From Antedon mediterranea (taxonomy: Eukaryota > Animalia > Echinodermata): 64,000 nt of DNA. Made by a program: the position numbers and the translations under genes. Below the pieces are notes generated by a model that was given only the letters and a program-made list of their open reading frames with translations, was not told the DNA's origin and made no database searches. Location: positions 4,960,001 through 5,024,000 of the forward strand of contig NC_092673.1 of NCBI RefSeq assembly GCF_964355755.1, in the 5' to 3' direction. This document shows positions 41,906 to 54,682 of the stretch, one piece after another; positions within the stretch are counted from its first letter, which is position 1; every line of letters begins with the position of its first letter.

Positions 41906-42167
41906 AGATGTATTGTCCCCCCAAAACATGAAAAACGATTGCAGTTTTAATTTAAAAAAGTTATTCACTTAAAAAAATGTTACTTATAAAAAAAACAAAA
42001 GAAACATAAAATGTCAGACAGACAATTTCTGTATTTTTTTGCTTTAAATTACATTTGTTTCGATCTAGTTTTGGGTAAAAGTGTAACTATTAGGTGACAT
42101 TAAAATGGCATAGGCCTATTCAACAAAAAATGTGAAAAAAAAAACATTTTTAAAGGACAACATATCT
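41906..42167. mobile_element. Second copy of the Kolobok-like element
   Basis: TTAA|AGATGTATTGTCCCC..AAAACATGAAAA...GGACAACATATCT|TTAA. An internal fragment also appears at about 33820-33935. Confidence 0.65.
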
Positions 42168-42244
42168 TTAAGCTGACATGAAAAACAAAACATAATTTAA
42201 ATTCAAAATAAATTCATATAAATAGAAGAAAAAAACATAAGATA

Positions 42245-42320
42245 CTAAAAATAAACTTAATTCTAAAAATAAACTTAGTTCTAAAAATAAACTTAATTCT
42301 AAAAATAAACTTAATTCTAA
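42245..42320. repeat. 18-bp minisatellite (CTAAAAATAAACTTAATT) x4
   Basis: Direct repeats. Confidence 0.9.
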
Positions 42321-45300
42321 TTTAAAAAGGGATAGTTTGAAGCTGTGTATATTTGAAGTAGGCCTAATTGATTCTATTCATTTTCCTCGGTAAGAAATAC
42401 GTTCTTTATAATTTGAGTATTTTTTTTATAATTAGCAAACTATTAATTGCAAAAATATACATTTAAGATTAATAATAATAATTAATTATTAATAATAAAA
42501 TGCCAATCAAAACTTCGATTTGTTTTTAACATGAGGCGCTCTTGTAGTATTTTGGAATTTTTAATATTTTTAGAATTTCATTGGATATTTTAGTCCTAAA
42601 TAAAACCTAAGAGAAATAATAACCCACAAATAATACAGAGTATCGAATAAAATCAATATTATTGTACCGATGAATATTTTTAACTGGAGTGTGCAATATT
42701 AATTAAAAAAGAATGTAATTATAATTCTACACCATTTTTTGATCAAGGCTATAAAAAATATGTGGAATCGTTTCAACAGCAATTACCTCTTCATACTCCA
42801 TCCATTTCAGGTAATATTAAGTGTCTTTCAAAGAGGATATTAAATGTTATTTAGGGCAACGAAATGTGTATTGATATATTATTTAGATAATTACTTAACA
42901 ATGAAAAATTACGGTTTTATTTGTAGGTAATATTTGAAATGAATACGTATATAATAATAAACAAAATTAATAATTTAGAGTAGGCACACTTTTAACAGTA
43001 GAGGTTGATGATATTTAATTGAATGTATATGGCGACGGAAGGAAACGCATCGGTAAAAAAATATACTTAAATGACTTTAAAAAAAAATAACACTTTGCAA
43101 GCGCGAAGGTCGACCAGGGGTGAGCCGTCTCACAGAACACATAAACTGACAAGAGAAAAGTAGCCTGAAACTGTAATGATAATCAGTGTACTGATACGAA
43201 GTAGTAGGCAGCAATTGATTGAGGCAGTCTGGCTGAGTCAAAGACGAATTAAACAAGTTGCTTAAATTAAAAATACACCGCATGCCGACGCGAATGATAA
43301 TTAGGCGATCTTCTTCGTACATCCTCATCACATTATCCCTGATTGAGATCAATATCGATATCCGACGACGAAATCCAGGTAATTTTTAAACATAAGGTTC
43401 TAGTGTGAAGAAAGATTAATGCGTTCGAACAGAAATATCCGTGAAACTTTTAGAGCGATTCACCTTAATCAGGCGCTGCTCGCTACTAAACGAATACTAT
43501 AATATCAATGCACATTTAGTGAATTGAATGTCGACGCAAAATGCTACAAAACAATCTCAAAAATTGAAATTTAACAGCGGGGCAATTAGTAAATATAAGG
43601 CATTGACGGGCTGCAAGCCTCGATTATCAATAATGTAGGCCGAATATAGCATCTGACATACAGTTTTTAAATGATTGAACGGTGTTGTAGAAATATGTAA
43701 AATTACCAAATAAATTATAATTAAATTAGTGATATAAGTTTATTATTATTCTACTGATATAAGTTTTACATTTTTTAAACTATATCTTTATTTGTAATAC
43801 TACTTTTAATACTACTAATGATTTTGTATATCTCAATGTAATGCAATTTGGATAATGTTTTGTAACTTTTCTATAGTATTTTCTTGTTTTTTCTCTAATT
43901 GTATTTGGTAAAATTATTATTTTAATACTTTTTTGTCTTGTGTGAGTTCTTCTCACGTTTATTTAAATTCTCATTGATGAATATATTATATACATATAAG
44001 TACATTTGTGACAATTAAAAGTAAGTGTTTAGAGTAGTTAAAATACCGGTATATTTACATAATAAGATGCCAGAATTCAGTATTAACCATATATTTTCTC
44101 ATTTAAAATTTTAGATACGATGTTAATTAAAATGTAGAAATGAAAAATGGCGGTAAAATACATGATTAAAATTTTCTTGTTAAACTATCTTATTTGTGTT
44201 CTTATTTGTGTTCGAGTAGAGAGGCTATAAACTCAGGGGAGGAAAATGTAGTATCCTCCCTTTTCACCAAGACAAGATGGATGGAATGAAAAAAAGAGGA
44301 ATGCAATAGGTTGAAAGTTAGTTATTTAGAATGATAGCATGAAATGGTATATTTAATGGAAACCGTAAGGTTAGAGTCCATACACAGTGCAAGTCCAAGA
44401 TGTAATTTTGGCTCTGTGTGTATGTGAGACGCTTCATACCCGATGTCATCTTAGTACAACTACTATTTACAATTTGTATTTTACGGTATTATTTTAATAC
44501 TTACATATTTAAATATTCGTAGTGCAATTATACTTTAAGCCGTTGGGTACATATTGTATATGTTTATACCCGAATAAAATATATTGATGATATGTGAAAA
44601 ACAAAATAGCTAAAAATAATAATGATTGGTTGTTGTTCATTAATATGTTTTGTATATTGTATCTTATATAAACAGCTTTTTATTATGTTATATGTGTTAT
44701 TGATTACGATATAAAGAATAAATGAATGAATAAATTACAAAATTTATTTTAAATTCGTACAATTAATAAAGAATAATAGAGATTAGTCATACATTCATAA
44801 TCATATTAATGTTGGAATTTTAGCTATTTTAATGATAATAACGCTGTGAAACGAATAAAATGTGTATCATAATTACGGTGGGCGATCGAAGGTCGCTGTT
44901 AAATCCGAAAACAGTAAATACAATTTAGTTTACATAACTTTACAAATTTCTTTTATATTAATCGTATAAACAAAAATATTACAAAACAAGTTCTATACCC
45001 ATAGTTATTTATAATCTTACGAGTAGAAATGAAAGTCAAAGAACGAAACGAACGACATCAAATGGGTTAAAACTGGATTATTTTTCATAACATGCGGCTT
45101 TTCTTTGGTGCCACTGAACTTAGACGAGATTTTGATATTATGTTTTTTTAAATATCGACGTATTAACTATATTATAATAAACACTTAGACAAATGAATGT
45201 ATTATTTTTCTATGATAAATACTCATGGATGGAAAACATGGATTTAGGGAAAATATTGTAATTATTATTTTTTGTGAAGGATATATTGTTTTCATTCATT

Positions 45301-46183
45301 AGTTTAAACATTTAAAATTACCTTTAAATTAAGTCAACTTTGTAAAACGTTATCGTGTTACCTCAAGGTCTCCTTCTAACCAAAATACTGACATTTTTCT
45401 GTTTTGTACAATAAAATACGGAAAACTCGATTAAAAGATTATTTCAGTAAAAAATTCATTTCATTAAACAATTGATTGCCAAAAACGTATGAAAATAGCA
45501 TTTTATGAAAATAGTGTATTTTATTTATTCAATTCAATTCAATTCAACTTTATTTTAAACAAACTGTCCATATGAAACACATAAAGTTTACAAAAACAAC
45601 ACATTATTATGGCTATACTGATACTAGTTAACACACGTAAAGTATACATGAGATTAAATATACAAAAGTTCTGTCCATTTTTTATGCAACTTTGAATCTT
45701 TTAGAATACGAGAAAAAACACATGATTTGAGTAAAGAATTAGGTAACATAATTACTATTAGAAATTAGCTAATTTGTTATGGTAAGTGTGCGTTGTTATT
45801 TATGTCTTCCATTGTATGTGGTGTTTAAGTCATTGATAACTAAGCGAGTTGTGATACAAGTCTTTAAATCTGCTAAATTGATAGAGATATATGTGTTAAA
45901 ATTCAGCGTTAAACTATTGATAGATATCTTGTATGCAAGCATTTTAATTTGTTATATTGTAATGTTCTTATTGCTATACGTTTAACGTGTTAGTGTAACA
46001 CGTATTGTAATTACATTTATTCGACATTATTTATTCATTTGGATTCATTGAGATATTTAAAATGTAATTGCAATGCGTTTTGCACCTTTTTTTTTACTGA
46101 TTTGTTGTTATTCATTAAGACGATTGACAGTAAAGATTATTATGCAAATGATAATAATGATTACATAATGATGTTGATGATTA

Positions 46184-46433
46184 AAACTCTACACTATCAA
46201 ACTAGTTTGACAAAAAGTGTGATGCCTTCACTCTAAAGCTCTGTCTACACATATCAAACTAGTTTGACAACAACAGTGTGATGTGCCTAAATATGGTAGT
46301 GATATGCCCAAATATGGTAGTGATATGCCCAAATACGGTAGTGATATGCCCAAATATGGTAGTGATATGCCCAAATATGGTAGTGTTATGATATCATTTT
46401 TTGTCATTTAAAGTTTGATAGTGCATACAGAGT
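46184..46433 (+). mobile_element. MITE family B copy (46237-46433) with 5 internal 21-bp repeats, preceded by a partial left end
   Basis: TAA|AGCTCTGTCTACAC..TCAAACTAGTTTGACA, (GTGATATGCCCAAATATGGTA)x5 from 46278, right end aagtttgatagtgcatacagag. Confidence 0.85.
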
Positions 46434-46604
46434 GAAGGGATAATAACATTGCCTAGCAAAACATTAACTGGGGTGCACAACATACAAACCGCTGGTATTG
46501 ACGCCCGGAGTTTCGGCATTAGAAGTAAAAACAAAGCAGAATCTTCAGACCCTGAATTGGCCGTAGGAGGCCTATAGCTTGTTAGTTTCACGGAAACTTG
46601 TTTA

Positions 46605-46709
46605 ATCTTGGTTCCCACAAAGAAGAAAAAGGACGTAAGCGCAACGCAAGTGAGTTGACCAATCACAAGCGAAAGTTTGCGCGTTGAGTCCAAGAGTGGG
46701 AACCAAGTT
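46605..46709. mobile_element. MITE family A, short copy
   Basis: cttggttcccac...ggacgtaagcgcaacgcaagtgagttgaccaatcacaagcg...agtgggaaccaag. Confidence 0.75.
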
Positions 46710-47329
46710 TTAGAGTTGTCCCGAATAAGATATTCTTAGTATTACATGATACTCAAATTTAAACGAGACTTTAGCTCATTTCATTTATTTGTTTCATCAT
46801 GGAAGTACAGTACTTCCACAGATTCAACCAGGAAATACGTCATGATTGAATGGTAATAAATTGATAATGATTTGAAGGTGATGATAATGATGCAGTCTGT
46901 AAAATTAAGAAAAAAAAATTGAAACTATTATGGTATTATACAATTAAATATTTGTGGTGTTTTTTCTCTACGCGGCAAATGTACATTTTATCAAAAGTGC
47001 TATTGTCGCCTAATGAATAAGAAGACACGTGCGCACGTTTAAGGACACATGTTAAGCGTTTCAGACACATGGCAAGTGTTCCATAGTTAAAAGTTCAGTT
47101 GACTTTTAAACATTTAGTTAAAAATTAATTAATAAAGTAAAAAAACACTAACTTGCACATACTTAAAAGAGTAATGATCGTGCCCAACGACCATGCATTT
47201 TCAGATATGAACCAGTGTCTTCTGAAATGACGGTCTTCTACAGTGTATGGATCAGATAACAGAAGGTATGTAGGCCTTTCAATATTTTTCTAACAATCTT
47301 CCTTCTCCGATGATGAGTTTATTTAACAC

Positions 47330-47760
47330 TGCTGATTTTAACCATGGTAATAATCTAAGAAGTACTGTTCATAAGTTTCAGTTAACTATTCTTTTTGTAA
47401 GACTAGTTCTTCCCAATTTAATTATGTTTCTGGTCCTTTAATTTGGAATCAATTAGATACTAGTATTGTTAACTCTTCCCCTCTCTCAAATTTTCGAAAA
47501 AAACTTCATTTATTATCATTGTACGCAAACTAGACCTTCAAACTGATTTTTGTCATGACCTTTTTTTATTTTATATATATAAATATATACAAATGTATTT
47601 TTTTCTTTTTGTTTATGGGTCTTGCGTGAAAAGAAATCTCTTCTTGCAAGATCCTCTATTAATGGTATGTTTGTATTTGTATCTCATTATAAATTACCAC
47701 TCTTTTTATTGTATTGCTGTACCACTGATAGAAACTAATAAATGTTGAATTATTATTATT
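47330..47760 (+). mobile_element. L2/Crack-type LINE 3' relic (ORF2 C-terminus plus 3' UTR)
   Basis: Frame at 47429 reads SGPLIWNQLDTSIVNS, followed by F.KKL and preceded by H.NNLR, fitting the H.YNTR...GP..WN.L...FK.KL end of L2-group ORF2. It ends aataaa...(tta)n. Confidence 0.55.
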
Positions 47761-47892
47761 ACCCTGACAGATCGTCGTCCGTACAGACTTCTATAACGAT
47801 TAGAACCAGTCTCTTCCGCTTCATTACTCCGATGTCATCGTGCCATGATTTTGTTTGGCAGATAAACGGATGTCCATACCATACGTATTTAA

Positions 47893-48037
47893 AGCTTGGT
47901 TCCTACTAGCAACGCAACGCAAGGACGTGGTTTGACCAACCACAAGCGATGGATTATTCGAACAGTGGCTTGTCATTGGTCAGCTCGCTTGCGTTGCGCG
48001 TACGTCCTTGCGTTGCATCTCTAGTGTGAACAACGCT
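47893..48037. mobile_element. MITE family A, full copy with TAA target-site duplication
   Basis: TAA|AGCTTGGTTCCTACTAG...CTAGTGTGAACAACGCT|TAA. Confidence 0.8.
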
Positions 48038-50108
48038 TAAATACCATGCTGTGGAGGGAAATATATACATTTCATTTGTTATAGAGAAATCTACCACAAC
48101 TATAAACCAAACAATTTTTTAAAAATTTAATTTTAATGTAGGCCTATGTTCAATTTTTTTTTTTAAATGCGAGGTCATCAACCTTGACAAATGAAGTTAT
48201 AATTTCTTGTAGTATTTACTACAGTAAACCAAAAAAGGCTTTATACGTTTTTAAATAATTGTTTTTGTTAAAATCAATTTTAATTTTGAATCTTATGAAA
48301 ATATGTGGGGTCAATAACCTTGAAAAATTAAGTTATAATTTAAAGATACTTTAATTGCGGTGAAACATTAATCTAACATCCTTATACAGTAAGCGTTTAA
48401 TAAAAAAAATGTTTTGGTATTTACAATATGACCCACATTCTGTGTTATGAAATCCTTGACATTTCAATATCGTTTTAAAAGAATGTTTTGTTGTTAAACA
48501 GTTATTATATATTGTTATAGCATTGTGGTATAGCACGAATTGATGTTATTATTAGTCCGGATTAGCCTCGTATCCATGGATAATAAATACACTCGACTTG
48601 ATTGTCCACGCTGAATTTTAAAGTGAAATAGTTTTTCATGATGATAGACCTTATTGTTATATATAACGTTGTATTTGTAATTGTCCGTGTCTCCATAAAA
48701 CTAAATGTCTATGTACACTATGATTTAACAAATAAAATATTATTTAACTACTTGTCTGTGGTTTTATGTATAAAACATACTACTGATTAATACATTTACA
48801 AGCGAAAAACGGGCAACATTGACTCCCAAAAAGGATGTTAAAAGTTTTAAGAATTAGTTGTGAAAGGATGACGTTAGACCTACGTCTCTAGTTTATGTCA
48901 ACCTGATTGGTCCGAGGATAATCTTTCTGGAAAAATATTCGAATGAATCGTAAATAATTCAAAACAATAAAACAATTGTAATTCAAAATTTAGAGGATCC
49001 ATATTCTAGGCTACAGACAATAGTAGAGATGACAGATGGAACTACTAACCCTTTTACGTTTCAAGTTGTCCTGTCTGCTCGAGCTAACAAGAAAGGCGAC
49101 ATGTCGGTAAAAAATACAGAGGATTTTAAAATTATGCGATAAAATGATAGTTATAGATAATATTTATACGGTTCATGATCCCTCAGCACACGTTTCCATA
49201 GCCTCAATTATAAGAAAATCTCTTATTTAGTTGCAGATAGGCTGACAGCTGGGCCAGCAATTGGGCCTACGGTTAAAGAAAACCACGAACACCGCGCGGA
49301 TTCAGTTAAACAATGCGATCGAGTTGATTAGGTATTTCATATTCATGTGTAAAATATGGATCACAATTAAGATAAAATAGATAAGACAACAATTGGCGAG
49401 CGTACTTAATCTGTAGGATTCGATGAGTAAAAAAGAACAAGTTGCCGAATTGTTTAACGTCTTTGTTATCAAGCTGTTTTTATCTTACATACTGTAGTGC
49501 ATTCTGTAATAGATTTAGTGAACAACCCTGATAGATTAGAAGTAATCACACACTGTTATAGTTTTTCTACAAGCTATGCTTTCATATAGGCTCCTCCACT
49601 TTATTTACATACTGTGCATTAGACTTAGAACCTCGATAGATACAGAGTGAGTTATTCAAAAAATAATAAGTAGGCCTAATCTCACACCGTTATAGTTTGT
49701 TACAAATTAGAGCTAAAGTCACATTAAAAAACTACCAATAAAAAGCCAAAAATGTATTTCGGAAATTTCATCCATATCAACAAATGTACAAACAGAAAAA
49801 GAAAAAAGAAAATTCCCAAACTATAAGCTTAAATATATAGGATACTTCTCCATCTACAAAACCTTTTTGAGTTATGGAGCATGTTTGCAAACACAAGCAA
49901 CAAGAATATTACAACTAATCAACATACGTTGCATGAAACCATAGATAGATTTTCGCATACTCATTAAAGGAAGGGACACACCATGTTCAATAAACACCAT
50001 ACTGGCACTACTGCTTCTGGAGACATTCAGTACACGGGGCAGAGCTTAAATTATAGGATAAAAATATGGCCTAAGCTCATCAACGAATTAGTTAACTTTC
50101 GCACCAAG

Positions 50109-50200
50109 TAATAATAATAATAATAATAATACCACATTTATATAGCGCCCTTTTCATGAGTAATCATGCTCAAAGGCGCTTTACAAGCATTATTACCCCA
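50109..50200 (-). mobile_element. L2-type 3' tail of a SINE/LINE
   Basis: Minus strand tgtaaagcgcctttgagc...gggcgctatataaat...(TAT)n, the typical L2 3' stem-loop plus microsatellite tail. Confidence 0.65.
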
Positions 50201-53200
50201 GTATCTATAGTCATGTTCAAGTTATTTACGTCGTAATTCGTTCAATGGGGGCACCTAACACCGATTTATTTGTATTATATGTGTTAGGTCTACAGCCCAG
50301 AGACATAAATATGCTCATCGAAACAGTTTTAAAAAGAAAATACAAACAAACACCGATGATTATTGTTGTTTTTAATTCTTAAAAGATATTAAGGACAAAA
50401 ATACCGGATCTTTACGATCAAGGTTTAGCAGCTCTTTTTATTGGTCCTTTATTGTGCTCTATTGTCTTTTATAACTGTTATGGTTTAACCACAGAATACT
50501 AGTGGAGCCAAATGGGTTTTGGATGGACCACTTCGGACAAAAGAGCGTTTAAGGCAGAACCATACCACTTGTCTGTTAATTGTTAAACGTTTTCATTCAC
50601 GACGAGTTGTGGCAATGTTGTTCAGTTTTTCCTGTAATGGTTCAGTAAATAAGTTTGATAAACTCAAATTCACTAACCTACATCTCCTGAACTTGAAATT
50701 GTATAGTATAGTCAACAGATGAAAAGGGTATAGAGACAGCGTTGCCTCCCAGTTCACACGAGTTGTCACAAACGCTAAAGTTGAAATGACAATTTTAACT
50801 TTACATTGTTATCAAACTTTATTACACCATCATTCTGCATGAAATTTGAAACACCGTTTTGTGTTTATGTGTAGTTCACACTGAGCACGGATTCGATCCA
50901 TGTCCTGACTGCCTTGTTTATATTTCCGGGCGCTGCGTTCACATTCACACACGAAATCCGAAATGAGTTGGTGTAACAACTTTTTCCGTAAATCAAAGTC
51001 GTGTTGGTAATTGTTTTATCATTTAGCATGACATTTTTTACTGTGCGCGTACAGAAGATGGTTATCATAGTTTGTACGCGCGCGTCGACGTCACCAATGA
51101 ATCAACTAACAATTCTGTCAACGAACTTGACATCAGAAGCTGGCCAAATTCAGCGCCTCTATTGCGCCTTTTGTGAATTTTAACTCACCATCATCTTGCC
51201 AATTAAATGGCACGTGATTGAAACATCACAACAAAAGGTTAATTGTTGTAAAGTATCGTTAATGGCCGCTGTGTTAAGTATAACAATGGTTGTAGTCGGC
51301 TTAGTAATAATAATTATGAGTTGTTTCTGTATATGGTAACAGTGCACGGTTTGACGTCGTTATCATTATCATAACATTCCTAACCAACCGCAACATGTAT
51401 AATTACATCATCATTCTGATTATGATTATTAATTTATTAATATTATTGATATTTGATCAAGTAATTATTCTATTCTCATTAAGTTTTTATTTGAAATATC
51501 AGTAAATATCACACAATATCATATCTTTTTATTAGTATGATTTTTTTTTCATTATGAGTTTAAGCTATATTTATGAATTATTATTATTAATATCATTATT
51601 CATATTGTAGGTACCGTACCTATACAATGATAAGCATAACACAAATAGGATGATATAGAGAGCCAGCTCGGTGTCAATCTCAATTAACTGATCCGTTTCG
51701 GACACTTGACCACGGTGTTAGTAACACGATAAGTGGGTACTTATTATACAAAGTCAGTTTTTATCCCGAAAGCGGATACTATTGGTTAACTTATTTTAAC
51801 ATTGTAAAACTTGATACTTTAATATTTTTTTGGTAATTTCCCTGTCAATCAACAAAATTTAAACTTTTCAACTCAAATAAACTTATATTTAGGGCGCCCT
51901 CTGTAGTTTGTAACTCTTGAAACTTTTTAAGATATTTTACAATTGATTAATTTTTTTTTTCAGATGCGGTAAAAATAGAGATAGGGTAATATTTGACTAT
52001 ATTCTGATAAATATACACTTTGATGTTTCAATGTGTCCACTGTAGCACGTTAACGTAATTGGTTAGCTTTTTGTTTTTAAAAGATTGACTTGAAGAAACA
52101 TTGTTTGAAAGTATACCATTTTATATCGTGCTAGTTTGTACATAAAATGTATTTTAGACCGAACCATAGTAGATTTCAGAGACCATTTTACAAAATCGGA
52201 ATATAACACTGCTATGACGTGATATGATGGTAGGCTGTAATAAAGTTATCAGACATTTTTTACGGCGATTGTGTTTCGAAATTACTTACGCGAAGAAAGT
52301 GCGCAGGCTTACTCAAATTGAGCACACCTAAGATCTGTCGAACTGACACTTTTGAAACGTCATTCATGGGGTGTCAATCGACCAATCAATCGAAAAAGTT
52401 CTATACATTAATAATGAGAACAGGCTAGGCCCACAGACAGTCACCCGACGCCAAAAAACTAGCATGGTCTGCTCTCACTATAGTTCGTCAATCCTACCCA
52501 TTGTGTAACTGTGAATCCCATATGTTAACTTTCTTTACGCTGCAGACAATATAGAATTGTGTCTTTATGTTATTATAAAATATATTTCGAATGTAGGTTT
52601 CTACAAACCAGTAAATATTGGCGTTTTATTATTATGGCACGTTTGGTGACCTACTTTTTAAATAAAAAGAAAAGGGAAATTAAGACAGAAAGAACGTTTG
52701 CATTATTCAGACCTATCCCGTAAACTCCAAAAAAAAAACCTTTTTCAGTCTCAAAAGAAACTTGCATCAACCTTTATAGGAGCATCAATTTCATGGTTGT
52801 CATTCGTTCGAATATTATGCTGAGAACAAGAAGAAAATATTAAAAGAAGAAGGATGAATAGCAAGTAGAATATGGAGACTAAAGGTCACAAAACAAGAAA
52901 ATTGAGCATGAGTCAGTGAGTGACTGAATGAGTGCCTATTTCTAATAAAATTCCCAACAATTCTACAAAATATTGCATATGTGATTCATTCTAATCTAAA
53001 TAATTTTATCCACGCTTCATTGTTCCCTAAATTGTTTTCTAAAAATCCACCATGGTCTTAAAATACTTCAGACGTAGAACTAAACGGTTAGGCCTATAAT
53101 CTCTCACTGACTTCCCTTAAATAAAAAGGGCACTTTAGGCCTAATTGGCTGAGAAGGGATTGTCTTTTCAAGGAGGATTAAGCCGGTTAATTAGAACGGA

Positions 53201-54365
53201 ACGCCCCATTGGAGCTGGTCCAAGTTCGTCTGAAAAAGGATGAAAACTTTATGAAAGTTTCACTATACAATATCTCTCTGGTATTCCGTTTCTTATGAAA
53301 AAATTATTATTTTAACGATTAATTGAGTAGGCCTATAGTATATTAAATGCCCAAATTAGACCCATGTCACATACGCGAGCGACGAATGGCGACTTGGAAC
53401 ACAATTAGCAGGTAGAAACCCCCAATTTGAACCGATTAACCAAGCTTATAGGTTTTTATTGTCGATAAGTGGCAGGTCTCAAAAGACAATGGCTCTAATT
53501 GGTTGATCTATAGCTCCACTTGTTGCCTATTTGTTGTGTGCATTTAGCAGGCGACGAAGAAGAGTTCTTGTCTTTTAGTTTCACAAAGGCGTGTAACGAC
53601 CCATGCAAAACGGGGTGCTCTATTAAATAATGATTCGTTGAACAGTGGGTTTTAGCCGCGGCATGAGATGAACCAACAGACATCACGTCTATCTATCTAT
53701 TCATTGTTACAAAGTGGGACTTAAAATCATTAATATGCCCACCGGTAGACCTACATTTTCCCGGTTGTGTATAAACACAATTATTACTAGACTGTTCTAC
53801 GTTATGCATTTTTTTGCTATTATTAGTGACAGTTTAAACAGGAAGAACTAATATAACAATATGTTTTAATTATCATCATTTTATTCGATCTTTTTAAGTT
53901 TAATTGAATCTCTTCAGAAATTGTTTGTGGAAACCATATCGAAATATTTTACTGCCAAATTACTACTCTTAATGTCTTTGTTCTCATGATCTACTTAGGA
54001 GAAAACCTACCATCAGATCCTGAAACCATGTCTTCCTCCGTACCATCTTCAGTTCAATATAAGAAACCTCAAAATGATCGAGTCGATGACATCATTCATG
54101 TATTTCAATCTATCCTGTTGAGAAGAATAGGTTGTTGATTAAGATGTAGGCCTATTAATTATTTCTAATTACGAACGCATTTGTAAGACAACTTAGGCCA
54201 AAATAAGAACTAATGAGGAAACTCTCAACATAATATGAAATAGAAAATGAATCTATTTTATTGTGTGTAATATATTCCATTTTTAATGTCATTTGTACTT
54301 ACATTTTACCTTTTTGCTTGAATGGTCAATGTTATTGTAGTTTCGGATTTTTAAATATTTTAATA

Positions 54366-54682
54366 GTGAGTGAGTGAGTGGCCGAGCGGTTAAGACAGTG
54401 GAACCGTAATTACCCAGCCATAACAACGGCAGGGGTTCGAGGTTCACTCACTCCATGGTTCTGGTGGTAGAACGAGTCTTCTCGGATAAGGACTATAAAC
54501 CGTAGGTCCAGTGTACACATCTGGCTCGTGTGCACTTTAAAGAACCTAGTACATCTTTCGAGACGAGTAGGGGTTACCCCGGTGTATTAGTACATCACAG
54601 CCACTGATCACCAACTGGGCCCTCTGGGAGACCAGTAATTGACTGAAGAGGTTACCCAGTATAAATATATATTTCAATCAAT
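54366..54682 (+). mobile_element. tRNA-derived SINE with Deu/Nin-like central domain
   Basis: A box gtggccgagcggttaag, B box ggttcgagg, acceptor-like stem gagtgagtg/cactcactc. The core tcggataaggactataaaccgtaggtcc...taaagaacc...gagtaggggttaccccggtgt resembles the Deu-SINE domain as recalled, not searched. Confidence 0.85.

Noticed and set aside
54366-54460. tRNA gene
   Set aside because: The tRNA-like head continues into a 230-bp body and simple tail and is duplicated at 31667-31992, so it is a SINE.
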